Shown here one piece after another: positions 1 to 9,313 of a DNA stretch of 19,343 nt. The notes below the pieces were generated by a model. It was not told the DNA's origin, made no database searches, and worked only from the letters and a program-made list of their open reading frames with translations. The stretch spans positions 1 through 19,343 of the forward strand of contig JAHQWJ010000123.1 of NCBI GenBank assembly GCA_029856125.1, read 5' to 3'. How positions within the stretch are numbered: the stretch's first letter is position 1; every line of letters starts with the position of its first letter. Origin of the DNA: Promethearchaeia archaeon (GTDB taxonomy: Archaea > Asgardarchaeota > Lokiarchaeia > Sigyniarchaeales > SOKP01). A program made the translations under genes and the position numbers.

Positions 1-1
1 G

Positions 2-1000
2 CATTGCACCAACCCAGATTAAAATCCCACTATCGTTTACAAATGCGTATGGATTTGAACTATCCCAAAGAGCCATGCATGTGGGTACTGTAATGTTGGT
101 GGGGTTTGGAACGCCTGCTTCAAGACCGTAAGTATCTTCTGGTAGCGTATCCTTGAAGAGACTTAAATCAATTCCACCTTCGGCAATCGTGCCATTAGCC
201 CATTGTTCATAAAACATTAATTCGGCTACATATTCTATGGGAGCTGGTGAATATGTTGATTTGACCACAACATCCCATAAATAATTTACATTATAGCCCG
301 CAAGATATTCAAGTTGAGTCCATGTAGCATTGTAATAGAATTGCATGGTTGCATTTAGCGCCTGATCGCCTAAAGTTACATTAATGTAGAGTTCCATATA
401 TCCCAGAAGACCCATCCCTAATTCAAGATCTGTAATTAACCCTGGTAAAGGACCTACGCCATACAGTAAATTATTTTGAGCAGTAACTGTATAACCAAGG
501 TTTACCACATCAAAATCACCCATTAACGTATCGTAATAGTCTGAAACGCCTTGGGGCGTGGTATACCCATAGTCTGCTTGAAATGTAGGGCTATTAAAGA
601 ATTGATCCTTAGCAGCAGGATAACCAATGAAACCAGCAACACCAGTTATTGTTTGGTTTATCGCTTGGGCTGCACCTGTACCGTTGATAATAAGCGGTAA
701 TGCTGCTATTGCCTCTTCCTTAAGTCCATCTAAGACCGCAGGTGTTGTTAGAACGGGCAGTTGAGCTTCTAAGGTAATAAGTGCTTCTGCTTCAATACCC
801 AAAAGTACATCCGGTGTACCTAAAGGGGGTAACTGTTCTTCTAAAGATGGAAGAGCTTCCTCTTCGACAGCTAAAAGGGCGTCAGGAACGCCCTCAGCAA
901 TTTGGTCGACGAACATTTGGTTTACAAAAAATCCTGTTGGTATTAAACCACCACCAACAACGATTAAAATTATTCCTATTATTAATTTAGATTTGGACAT
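2..1000 (-). CDS. Membrane-anchored surface/secreted glycoprotein-like protein, 3' end beyond the window (partial, 333 codons seen)
   Basis: Missing from the ORF track because it runs off the edge. ATG at 1000 and an open frame to the window start. MSKSKLIIGIILIVVGGGLIPTGFFV is a basic N-terminus plus hydrophobic anchor. Acidic body with 8 N-X-S/T sequons. Confidence 0.85.
   Translation of the reverse strand, partial: MSKSKLIIGIILIVVGGGLIPTGFFVNQMFVDQIAEGVPDALLAVEEEALPSLEEQLPPLGTPDVLLGIEAEALITLEAQLPVLTTPAVLDGLKEEAIAALPLIINGTGAAQAINQTITGVAGFIGYPAAKDQFFNSPTFQADYGYTTPQGVSDYYDTLMGDFDVVNLGYTVTAQNNLLYGVGPLPGLITDLELGMGLLGYMELYINVTLGDQALNATMQFYYNATWTQLEYLAGYNVNYLWDVVVKSTYSPAPIEYVAELMFYEQWANGTIAEGGIDLSLFKDTLPEDTYGLEAGVPNPTNITVPTCMALWDSSNPYAFVNDSGILIWVGAM
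695..889 (-). repeat. About 2.7 imperfect tandem 24-aa repeats inside the surface protein
   Basis: VPDALLAVEEEALPSLEEQLPPLG / TPDVLLGIEAEALITLEAQLPVLT / TPAVLDGLKEEAIAALP. Confidence 0.75.
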
Positions 1001-1022
1001 AAATAATACTTTGTTAGTAGTA

Positions 1023-1030
1023 TATTTAAA
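1023..1030 (-). promoter_or_regulatory. Archaeal TATA box for the surface protein gene, probably a leaderless transcript
   Basis: TTTAAATA on the minus strand, 22 nt upstream of the ATG at 1000; no RBS visible. Confidence 0.5.
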
Positions 1031-1248
1031 GTTATCACATATGTGTAAAAAATTGATCGAACCAAAGTATTAGTAAATTCAGATAAATATTTCTCCATTT
1101 ATCCAGTTAAAAGATGCTAATAATATCTTTTGTCATGTGTTGCTATTCCTATTGATGATTAAATTTAGGTAATTTGGGGAATAGAGGAAAAATTTCCAGT
1201 CTTTATGAATATGATTTTAAAATTAGGATAAAAAAATATACTCTCTAA

Positions 1249-1950
1249 TTAGTGAGTTTTATTTGTAATTAATAAATCGAAAATGTCTTTTTTAATTTCA
1301 TACTTGTTTTTTAAGTCTGTTTGATCTAAAATATTTCGTATTTCTTCAGGCGTATATCCTGCCATAATCGATGTTTTCCAATAATAACTTATCTCTTTAG
1401 ATATCATTAATTTTGCAATATTAAATATTACCTTAGCACCTAATCCAATATCTCTACGACCGTCACCAACACAAAAGATTCCATTCGGTTTTATTACTCT
1501 AGCTATTTCGTTGAAAACACGTATTGGATTATCCCAGTGGTGTAAGCTATCGTGAGTTATTATAACATCAAATGAATTATCTTTTAATTGAAACATATTA
1601 GTAGCATCTCCGTGTAAAAACACGATACGATCTTTAACACCTTCTTCTTCTACGTTTTTATTTGCTACCCTAATCATATCTTCCGATATTTCCAATCCTG
1701 TTATTTTTAATGTAGGGTTTTCCTGAGCCATGATAATAGTTATCCACCCAGGTCCAGGTCCAATTTCAAGAACTTGAGAATTGTCCTTTACAAATAATTC
1801 GTATAGAATAAACTTCACAAAATTGCGATATTCTTTCATCCTTTTTTTAAATTCTTCGTTTAATTCTTCCATACTGAGCTCAGGCATATCTGTAATTGCT
1901 TCTCCTTCAGGAACTCTTGGAGGAATCTTTTTGCTTTTTGATTTACTCAA
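1249..1950 (-). CDS. Class I SAM-dependent methyltransferase (Methyltransf_11/UbiE-like)
   Basis: Motif I VLEIGPGPG, ITGLEISEDMI, GDA, FDVIITHDSLHHW, RVIKPNG. Start is probably TTG at 1950, since the track's GTG at 1962 lies within an RBS-like AGTGAT. Confidence 0.9.
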   Translation of the reverse strand: MSKSKSKKIPPRVPEGEAITDMPELSMEELNEEFKKRMKEYRNFVKFILYELFVKDNSQVLEIGPGPGWITIIMAQENPTLKITGLEISEDMIRVANKNVEEEGVKDRIVFLHGDATNMFQLKDNSFDVIITHDSLHHWDNPIRVFNEIARVIKPNGIFCVGDGRRDIGLGAKVIFNIAKLMISKEISYYWKTSIMAGYTPEEIRNILDQTDLKNKYEIKKDIFDLLITNKTH

Positions 1951-2014
1951 TTTTCTTATCACTTTTTTTTGTTATAGTACTAATAAAATCTGATTCATAT
2001 TTAAAGCTCAGTTT

Positions 2015-2036
2015 GTTGTCAACGAGCGTTGACAAC
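2015..2036. promoter_or_regulatory. Perfect inverted repeat, candidate operator between divergent genes
   Basis: GTTGTCAACG-AG-CGTTGACAAC (10-2-10); minus-strand TATA box TTTAAATA at 1998-2005 lies next to it. Confidence 0.75.
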
Positions 2037-2080
2037 TAGATTAAATTTTAATATAACCCGAGTGATTCAATTATATAGTT

Positions 2081-2962
2081 ATGGAAGAACACAATATAAA
2101 ATCAGAAATTGCCGAAAAATACAAAGACGATATTGTTACATTTGGATTATTGGAAGATGAAGCGATTGTATATTTATCACTGTTAAAACGAGGTTCAAGA
2201 GGAGAGGTTGTAGGACGCATTAAAAACGAATTAGAGATCGGTAGAACCACAATTTATGCAATAATGGAGAGGTTATCCGCAAAAGGATGGGTAAATGCTG
2301 AAGAGATCTCTGAGAATCCTAAACGGATTAAATACATTGCAAAGTCGCCTTATTCAGTATTTAATGAAAAGATTGAGAAAAAGGAAAAGGAACTAAAATT
2401 ATTAGAAGAATATAGTCTGTATATAGGAGATAACCTTGAACAAGTTTACCAAGGAGCAAAAAAGCTTACAATTGATACTATTCATCCAGGAGGATATAAA
2501 TATTTAAAACCGTTAGTGGAAAAAGGTTGGAAAATAAAGTCTGAAGTAATAGAATATTCAGATCCCTCTGAGAGATTAACGCTTGATTATGAATTAAAAG
2601 GTCATAAAGGATTTCCAAAAGATTGTGGCCTAATTATCTTTAATTTCAACCGAAATATTGAGAAGGATGAAAATCTTATAAATGAAGCAATTAGAGTATT
2701 TAAATTTAAAACCGAATATGAAATACGCAACGATAAAATCCCCGGATTTGAAGATGTAAATCTTAAAGATACAAAGTTTCATGATTATCCGGGATTAGAT
2801 GTATTTATTAAAGTGAAATATAAGAAGAAACAGTGGTTAGTTGGTAAAGAAGTTGTTCTTCCTATCCAGAATAAAATATTTTTGTTATTTGGAAATCCGG
2901 AAAATTTTCAATTTCTATATGACACAATAGTTCATTTAGAAGGTTTTCATCATTTAGTCTGA
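2081..2962 (+). CDS. TrmB-family winged-helix transcriptional regulator with an unassigned C-terminal domain
   Basis: FGLLEDEAIVYLSLL...ELEIGRTTIYAIMERLSAKGWV...PKRIKYIAKSP followed by a coiled helix matches the TrmB N-terminal pattern. Confidence 0.8.
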   Translation: MEEHNIKSEIAEKYKDDIVTFGLLEDEAIVYLSLLKRGSRGEVVGRIKNELEIGRTTIYAIMERLSAKGWVNAEEISENPKRIKYIAKSPYSVFNEKIEKKEKELKLLEEYSLYIGDNLEQVYQGAKKLTIDTIHPGGYKYLKPLVEKGWKIKSEVIEYSDPSERLTLDYELKGHKGFPKDCGLIIFNFNRNIEKDENLINEAIRVFKFKTEYEIRNDKIPGFEDVNLKDTKFHDYPGLDVFIKVKYKKKQWLVGKEVVLPIQNKIFLLFGNPENFQFLYDTIVHLEGFHHLV

Positions 2963-2969
2963 AATTCCA

Positions 2970-3560
2970 TTAATTAATCTGATTTTTGATTTTAGTATAG
3001 AAGTCTACAATAATCTTTTGTCTTTGCTCAGCTATTTTTTTTGATTCATCTAAGTATAATCTGTCATTTAAACCCAAAATTTTATTTTCTAAATGATGAA
3101 TAACTTGTTCGATTCCCCCGTAATTTTTTATCGTAAATCCTATAGTTCTATATAAGCCGATCGCCCCAATCGCATCCAATTTATCTGCGTCGGATAATAT
3201 TTTAGCTTCGAGAGTTTTAGGTTCCAAGTCATTAGAAAATGAGTGAGCTCGAATGCAATGGAGAATATTTTCAACATCCTCAATGGTAATGTTAAAGTTG
3301 TTTTTAATTATAAAATTTTCAGCGATTTCAGCTGAAATTTCAGCGTGGTTTTTTACTTCGTCATCTTTCCTAAGATATCTCCCCACATCATGAAGTAAAG
3401 CAGCAATTTTAATTACTAGTAAATTTGCGTTTAAAGCTGTTCCAATTTCTGAACTTGACTTTAGTACTCGCTCAACATGCTCAAAACCATGTATATCATT
3501 TTTCTCAGAATTATTGTAGGCAAAAGTTCTTACTTTTAAGAGGATCTCATCATTAATCAT
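2970..3560 (-). CDS. HD-superfamily metal-dependent phosphohydrolase (YedJ-like)
   Basis: HGFEHVERV, AALLHDVG, NHAEISA, AHSFS, LEAKILSDADKLDAIGAIG. Confidence 0.92.
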   Translation of the reverse strand: MINDEILLKVRTFAYNNSEKNDIHGFEHVERVLKSSSEIGTALNANLLVIKIAALLHDVGRYLRKDDEVKNHAEISAEIAENFIIKNNFNITIEDVENILHCIRAHSFSNDLEPKTLEAKILSDADKLDAIGAIGLYRTIGFTIKNYGGIEQVIHHLENKILGLNDRLYLDESKKIAEQRQKIIVDFYTKIKNQIN

Positions 3561-3643
3561 AATATTAGTTGTAAAAGTATATATGAATTTGATTAAGAAA
3601 TAGAATAAATAAAATGAAAATCATAAAAAATTGAATTTCGAGA

Positions 3644-5341
3644 TTAGACTTCTTCTCCACGCTTTCGAGCTTCAATATCTTTCAGATCTTTTCTTAAAAC
3701 TTTACCTACTAAAGTTTCGGGAAGCTCTTTTCTAAATTCTATGAATTTTGGAACTTTATATGGAGCTACAGTCTTTCTACAGAACTCTTTTATTTCCGCT
3801 TTGAGTTCTTCAGATTCATTGAATCCATCTTTAAGAACAACATAAGCTTTTACTTTTTCACTACCGGGTATTTTAGGATCAGGAAGTCCAATGACAGCAG
3901 CGTTTTCGATAGCTTCATATTCAAATAATACATCTTCCAATTCTCTTGGGTAAACTTTAAAACCGCTAACATTTATCATATCCTTCTTCCTATCAACTAT
4001 AAAGAAATAGCCATCTTCGTCCATTTTCGCGATATCTCCTGTTAAGAGCCAGTCACCCTTTAATTGATTTGCAGTAGCTTCGGGTTTATTCCAATAACCT
4101 TTCATAACTTGAGGTCCTTTTATCATAATTTCACCAGATTCGCCAAGAGGCACAATTTTGGTATAGTCGTCAATATCTACGATTTTTAGTTCAGTGTCAG
4201 GAATTGGCATTCCAACAGAACCTATCTTCCTTTCATTAATAACAGGATTAGTAGTAGCTACTGGTGACGTCTCTGTCAGCCCGTAACCTTCAAGAATCAC
4301 ACCACCAGTCCTCCTTTCAAATTCTTTAAGAACTTCAGGAGGCATGGGGGCAGCTCCGGTATTACATATTCTAATAGATTTCATATCCTTAGCATAATCT
4401 TCTAAATCATCCCGTTCTAATAAACGCATATACATTGTTGGCACTCCTGGAAACATTGCAGGCTTTGTTGCTTTAATTATTTCAAATAAAGATTTTTGAT
4501 CGCGCGGATCTGGATTTAAAGCGATGGTTGAGGCATTGTATATAACGCTATTCATGCATACCGTTTGACCATATATATGAAATAATGGTAAGTTAGTAAG
4601 AGTAGTATCTCTGCCTCTTTTAATTTCCGCGCCTAACCATTGGCGAACTGCTACACAATTAGAGACTATGTTAAGATGGGTAAGCATTGCTCCTTTAGGG
4701 AGTCCTGTTGTGCCTCCAGTATACTGTAAGCAAGCTATATCTTCTTTAGCATTTGTTTCGAACTTTGGAGGATTAGGCTTCGTATTTTCAATAAGATTTA
4801 TAAATTGCTTTGTTCCAGCGATTTCAGGGGGTTCTCTTTGACTTAAAGGATTTGCCATTGGAGCGTAATCAAACACATTCGTGATGATAACATGCCTTAA
4901 ACGAGTTCTATCTCTAATATTATTTATTTTTTCAACTTGGTTATCCCAAGCTATGATGATCTCGGCTCCTGAATCGTTTAATTGGTATGCTAATTCGTGT
5001 TCCGTGTGGAGAACGCTACAAGCAGTAACTATTCCCCCCGCTTTTAGTATCCCATAATAGCTGAACATAAATTGGGGGAAATTAGGGATCATTATAGCTA
5101 CTACATCGCCTTTCTTCAATCCTAAATCGACGAGCGCAGTTGCAAGTCTATCGGCTATGTCCTTAAATTTTTTATAGGTGATTTTGTTTTTCAAAAACCA
5201 AATAGCTGTTCTACCACCAAAATCCTTAGCAGAATTATCCAAAAAATCGTAAATATTCATGTTCGGATAATCCATATGATGAGGAACATTCTCATCGTAA
5301 TGATCTAACCAAGGTTTGGCAGCATATGGATTTTCACTCAT
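3644..5341 (-). CDS. fadD: Long-chain-fatty-acid--CoA ligase (ANL/AMP-binding family)
   Basis: YTGGTTGLPKG P-loop, EGYGLTETSP, TGD, VDRKKDMINVSGFKVYPRELE, LPETLVGKVLRK. ATG at 5341 preferred over TTG at 5353. Confidence 0.93.
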   Translation of the reverse strand: MSENPYAAKPWLDHYDENVPHHMDYPNMNIYDFLDNSAKDFGGRTAIWFLKNKITYKKFKDIADRLATALVDLGLKKGDVVAIMIPNFPQFMFSYYGILKAGGIVTACSVLHTEHELAYQLNDSGAEIIIAWDNQVEKINNIRDRTRLRHVIITNVFDYAPMANPLSQREPPEIAGTKQFINLIENTKPNPPKFETNAKEDIACLQYTGGTTGLPKGAMLTHLNIVSNCVAVRQWLGAEIKRGRDTTLTNLPLFHIYGQTVCMNSVIYNASTIALNPDPRDQKSLFEIIKATKPAMFPGVPTMYMRLLERDDLEDYAKDMKSIRICNTGAAPMPPEVLKEFERRTGGVILEGYGLTETSPVATTNPVINERKIGSVGMPIPDTELKIVDIDDYTKIVPLGESGEIMIKGPQVMKGYWNKPEATANQLKGDWLLTGDIAKMDEDGYFFIVDRKKDMINVSGFKVYPRELEDVLFEYEAIENAAVIGLPDPKIPGSEKVKAYVVLKDGFNESEELKAEIKEFCRKTVAPYKVPKFIEFRKELPETLVGKVLRKDLKDIEARKRGEEV

Positions 5342-5422
5342 TTTTTTAACCAACTGTTTTAATTATATTATTTTATAATGCTTTTATTTTTAATACATCT
5401 CTGAAGTAAAATAAGTTAATAT

Positions 5423-6769
5423 TTAAATATTTTCTGTGATGTTATCAATTGCAAAATCAGCCGATTCACAGACATAATCACACTCGTCGTGAATTAGGTT
5501 TTTTAAAGCAGTAATTATTTCTGGATTATTTACTCTAATTTTTCCTAGAGCCTCAGAAGCTCTCCATCTAACATCGGGTTTTTTATCTTCTAATGCTTTT
5601 AATAGAGATGGAACGGCTTTCTCTGCAATAGATCCAATCTTACCTAATGAAAGGGCAGCTTCTCTTCTTACAATATACTTCCCATCGTTTAAAGCCTCTT
5701 CTAAAGCTTTGAGCACTTCTTCTGAATCTTTGCCAATTGCACCTAAATTTCGAGCGGCCACTACTCGAATTGATTTTTTATTAACTGCTAATAAGCTAAT
5801 CAGATATGGGATGGCTTCATTAGCTTCTAAGCCTATTCCACCTATTGCTGAAATTATAACAACTTTCATTTTAGTATTAGCAACTTTAGCCACATTAATT
5901 AGAGCAGGAACAGCTTCTTTACCTAAACTTCTTAAAGAATTAGCTGCTTTTCCTCTTACTTCTTCTTTTGGATCTTTTAACATTAAACTTAAATTATCAA
6001 TAATATTTGGAGTTTTTAATCCCAACTCTCCAAGAGCTTCAACCGCTTCTTTTCTAACAAGTCTATTTGAATGATTTAAAATATTTAAAAGGTATGGAGC
6101 AGAAGCTTCACCGATCTGTTTAAATGTATTAACAATATGATATCTAACTCTCCAATCTTTGTCATCAAGCGCGTTAATCAAGGTAGGAATTGCTTTAACT
6201 GAATCTTTTCCTATAGAGCTCATTGCTCGAGCTGAAGATGTTCTTACTGCCCAACTTGGATCGCTAATGCTCTTCATTAAATCAGGTATAAGTTTGTATG
6301 CCTCTGGCCCTATCAAACCTAGTGAGTTTGCAGCTTCGATCCGTACTTTTTCAAACTTATCGCTTAACGCCATTTTTAGAGCGTTTAAAGACTCATTTGT
6401 AGCGATTCCAATTTTGCCCAGTGAGGTAACAACAGCAAGTCGAATCGAATCTTCATCGTCATCACAACATTTAGTTAATTGAGGAATTGTAGTTAAAGAT
6501 ATTTTTCCAATTTTTCCCAGTGATCTAACGGCTTCTCGACGAATACTCCAATCGTCATCGTCTAAATATTCAGATATTTTTTTAACAGCATTTTCGCCCG
6601 ATTTTTCTGCTATTTCTCCTAAAACAAATAATGAATTGAAACGAATAGAACGAATTTCACTATCAATATTTTTTATTACTTCTTCAATGACAGAAGAATC
6701 TTTTTCGATTCTTGCTAAAACTAAATCAATTCTAGCATCCCTTAATAATTGTTCTAATGAAGCTGACAT
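5423..6769 (-). CDS. HEAT-repeat (PBS-lyase-like) alpha-solenoid protein
   Basis: About 13 repeats of 31-33 aa of the form L.D....VR..AA.ALG.IG; RBS GGTGAT upstream. Confidence 0.92.
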   Translation of the reverse strand: MSASLEQLLRDARIDLVLARIEKDSSVIEEVIKNIDSEIRSIRFNSLFVLGEIAEKSGENAVKKISEYLDDDDWSIRREAVRSLGKIGKISLTTIPQLTKCCDDDEDSIRLAVVTSLGKIGIATNESLNALKMALSDKFEKVRIEAANSLGLIGPEAYKLIPDLMKSISDPSWAVRTSSARAMSSIGKDSVKAIPTLINALDDKDWRVRYHIVNTFKQIGEASAPYLLNILNHSNRLVRKEAVEALGELGLKTPNIIDNLSLMLKDPKEEVRGKAANSLRSLGKEAVPALINVAKVANTKMKVVIISAIGGIGLEANEAIPYLISLLAVNKKSIRVVAARNLGAIGKDSEEVLKALEEALNDGKYIVRREAALSLGKIGSIAEKAVPSLLKALEDKKPDVRWRASEALGKIRVNNPEIITALKNLIHDECDYVCESADFAIDNITENI

Positions 6770-6779
6770 TTTTTATCAC

Positions 6780-7484
6780 CTATATTCCTAAGTAAACAGT
6801 TTTAATTCGGGGTTCTTTTTCAAGTTCTTCTCTTGTACCTCTCATTTCTATTTTACCTTCTTCTAATAAATGTATATTTTCACTAACCTCCATAGCCAGC
6901 ACAGCATCCTGTTCGACTAATAATGTTGTAGTCCCCTCTTTTTTAATTTGATTTACAGCTACAAATATTTTATCTTTAATTTTGGGGGCTAATCCTAATG
7001 AAGGTTCATCTAAGAGAAGTAATTTTGGATTTGCCATAATCGCTCTTGCAATTGCTAACATTTGTTGTTCTCCTCCACTTAGCGTTCCAGCTCTTTGTTT
7101 CCTTCTTTCTCTAAGGCGAGGGAAAAGTTCAAAGACAAATTCTAACAGTTCATCATACTTTTTCTTATCTTTTAAACCATAGGCTCCCATTTCAATATTT
7201 TCCAGTACTGTCATATCGTAAAATAACCGGCGCCTTTCGGGACAATGAGCAATTCCTCTTTTAGCAATTTTATGAGCTTTCATATCGTCTATTCTTTCAC
7301 CTAAAAACTCAATTTTTCCTCTATCTGGTTCTTCCAATCCAGAAATAACTCGGAGCAATGTGGATTTTCCTGCTCCATTAGGGCCTATAACAGCGTCAAG
7401 AGCTCCTTCCTCTATCTTCAAATTAATTTCTTCCAAAGCTCTAGCACTCCCATAATAATGATAAATTTTTTTCATTTCAAGCAA
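6780..7484 (-). CDS. livF: LIV-type ABC transporter ATP-binding subunit
   Basis: GPNGAGKS, LSGGEQQMLAIARA, LLLLDEPSLGLAP, VEQ. GGAGG precedes the TTG start, which overlaps the livG stop. Confidence 0.93.
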   Translation of the reverse strand: MLEMKKIYHYYGSARALEEINLKIEEGALDAVIGPNGAGKSTLLRVISGLEEPDRGKIEFLGERIDDMKAHKIAKRGIAHCPERRRLFYDMTVLENIEMGAYGLKDKKKYDELLEFVFELFPRLRERRKQRAGTLSGGEQQMLAIARAIMANPKLLLLDEPSLGLAPKIKDKIFVAVNQIKKEGTTTLLVEQDAVLAMEVSENIHLLEEGKIEMRGTREELEKEPRIKTVYLGI

Positions 7485-8220
7485 GTTCTTCTCCTCCTTT
7501 TCCTAAATATGCTTCTAATACAATTTTATTGTTAGCAACCTCTTCTGGAGGTCCCTCGGTTATGTATTTTCCCTGATGCATCGCAATTACCCGTGGAACT
7601 AAGTGCATCAATTCACGTAAAACATGTCCAGTCATAAAAACAGATACTCCATCCGCATGTAATTTTATTATCAATTCTGTAATACCTTGTTGTTCTTCGT
7701 GAGAAAGACCACTAAATGGTTCGTCTAATAGTAGAAGTTGAGGATTAGTTCCTAAAGCTTTCCCAATTTGTAATTTCCTCAGATCTCCATGAGGTAGTAC
7801 TATAGGAGGTAGTCTCGCTTTGTCAACAAGTCCAACTGCTGCCAAAATTGAGCTTGCTGATTCGTCAATTCCGTATTCTTTAGATAATTTCCTACCTCGT
7901 GGTGATAAACATGAAACAGATATATTTTCTAATAGAGTCATCAAGCGAAATGATCTTACAAGTTGAAAAGTCCTTGCAATTCCTAAATTCACTATTTGAT
8001 AAGGTTTCATTCCTGTTATATCGCGTCCATCAAATCGAATTGTCCCAGAATTTGGTTTTTCAAATCCTGAAATTAGATTAAACAGCGTAGTTTTCCCCGC
8101 TCCATTTGGACCAATTAAACCCGTAAATTCACCGCGAGTCACTTCAAAACTAAAATCATTTACAGCCGTTAAACCGCTATATTTTTTGGTTAAATTCCTA
8201 GCCTCTAAAATTACACCCAT
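7477..8220 (-). CDS. livG: LIV-type ABC transporter ATP-binding subunit
   Basis: GLIGPNGAGKTTLFN, GIARTFQ, LLLLDEP, C-terminal V.EAYLG. Confidence 0.92.
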   Translation of the reverse strand: MGVILEARNLTKKYSGLTAVNDFSFEVTRGEFTGLIGPNGAGKTTLFNLISGFEKPNSGTIRFDGRDITGMKPYQIVNLGIARTFQLVRSFRLMTLLENISVSCLSPRGRKLSKEYGIDESASSILAAVGLVDKARLPPIVLPHGDLRKLQIGKALGTNPQLLLLDEPFSGLSHEEQQGITELIIKLHADGVSVFMTGHVLRELMHLVPRVIAMHQGKYITEGPPEEVANNKIVLEAYLGKGGEELA

Positions 8221-8264
8221 AATTTAGTTCACATTTATTTATTTTCCTTTTTTTAAGATTTTAC

Positions 8265-9266
8265 TTACCTCCCTAATAATACATCCCAAAGATCTTTGAG
8301 ACGTTCTAAAGCAGGTCTTAGAAGACCCATATCAGCGAATCTAATTATAAGGATTAAAATTATAGAGAAGATAAATACCGGATCAAATACATCAATTAAA
8401 ATAGCGTTAAGCCCGAAGAAAATAAAGGACCCAAGCGCAGAACCGCCAATTGTTGCTAGGCCCCCAATAGTAGTCATAATTATCGCATAAAATGAATAAA
8501 GGGGTTGAAAAAGCATAGGAGTAACACTTCTAAATCTCATAGCTAATAAACCACCAGCTATCCCGGCAAAAAAACCACTTATCATAAACGCAATAACTTT
8601 ATATTTTGTTATATTAATACCTGAAGCCTCTGCTCCAGTCTCATCATCGCGAATAGATTTAAAAATAGTACCAATGTTAGATTTACTAATGTATATCATT
8701 ATTAACATTGAGACTACCATAATAAAAGTATAAACATAGAATATTTCTACGACATCTGTAGAGATAGGAGGGACTCTATCTATTCCTGGTGTGCCAAAAA
8801 AGATCCAATTAGTAGCGATTGCTAATTTCTCGTTCATAAATACAGCCATAATAAAAGTACTTAGTGCCATTGTTCCTAATGCTAAATACGGTCCTTTTAA
8901 TCTTAAAGTAATTATTCCGATGATAAAGGCAACTACTACACTTGTGAGCGCCCCCAAAATCAGCGAAATTTGCCATGAAACATCGTAGAAACGAATAAGA
9001 TATGCTGTAATATAACCTCCCATCCCCAAGAAAATCGCATGTCCAAAACTTACTTGACCTACAAAGCCTGCTAAGAAATTCCAGCTTGATGCAAAAATAG
9101 CAAATACTGTTATTGTAACAAATATTCCTAGATAATATGGATTCTGAGTTAGTAATGGTAAAGCTAAGAGTCCAATTAAACAAATTAATGTTAAACCACC
9201 TTTGAACGTCCGTACCCAAGATATTAAACGACGAGTGTAATATGTTGGTTCCTTTAATTTTGCCAT
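8265..9266 (-). CDS. livM: LIV-type ABC transporter permease
   Basis: GQVSFGHAIFLG, LRLKGPYLALGT, SIRDDETGAEASGIN, multiple TM segments. Confidence 0.92.
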   Translation of the reverse strand: MAKLKEPTYYTRRLISWVRTFKGGLTLICLIGLLALPLLTQNPYYLGIFVTITVFAIFASSWNFLAGFVGQVSFGHAIFLGMGGYITAYLIRFYDVSWQISLILGALTSVVVAFIIGIITLRLKGPYLALGTMALSTFIMAVFMNEKLAIATNWIFFGTPGIDRVPPISTDVVEIFYVYTFIMVVSMLIMIYISKSNIGTIFKSIRDDETGAEASGINITKYKVIAFMISGFFAGIAGGLLAMRFRSVTPMLFQPLYSFYAIIMTTIGGLATIGGSALGSFIFFGLNAILIDVFDPVFIFSIILILIIRFADMGLLRPALERLKDLWDVLLGR

Positions 9267-9313
9267 TTTATTAATAAACTCCCTTATTTAATGATGGTAT
9301 ATTTTTTTATAAA

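Noticed and set aside
781-990. 69-aa plus-strand ORF
   Set aside because: Antisense shadow of the longer minus-strand surface protein gene; no motifs.
1036-1045. Palindrome CACATATGTG upstream of the surface protein promoter
   Set aside because: Only 10 bp and a single occurrence; could be chance.
2960-7479. TGA stops of the TrmB-like gene (2960-2962) and livG (7477-7479) as recoded codons
   Set aside because: The first is followed by TAA within five codons and a convergent gene; the second overlaps the livF start as ordinary translational coupling. No SECIS-like structure seen near either.
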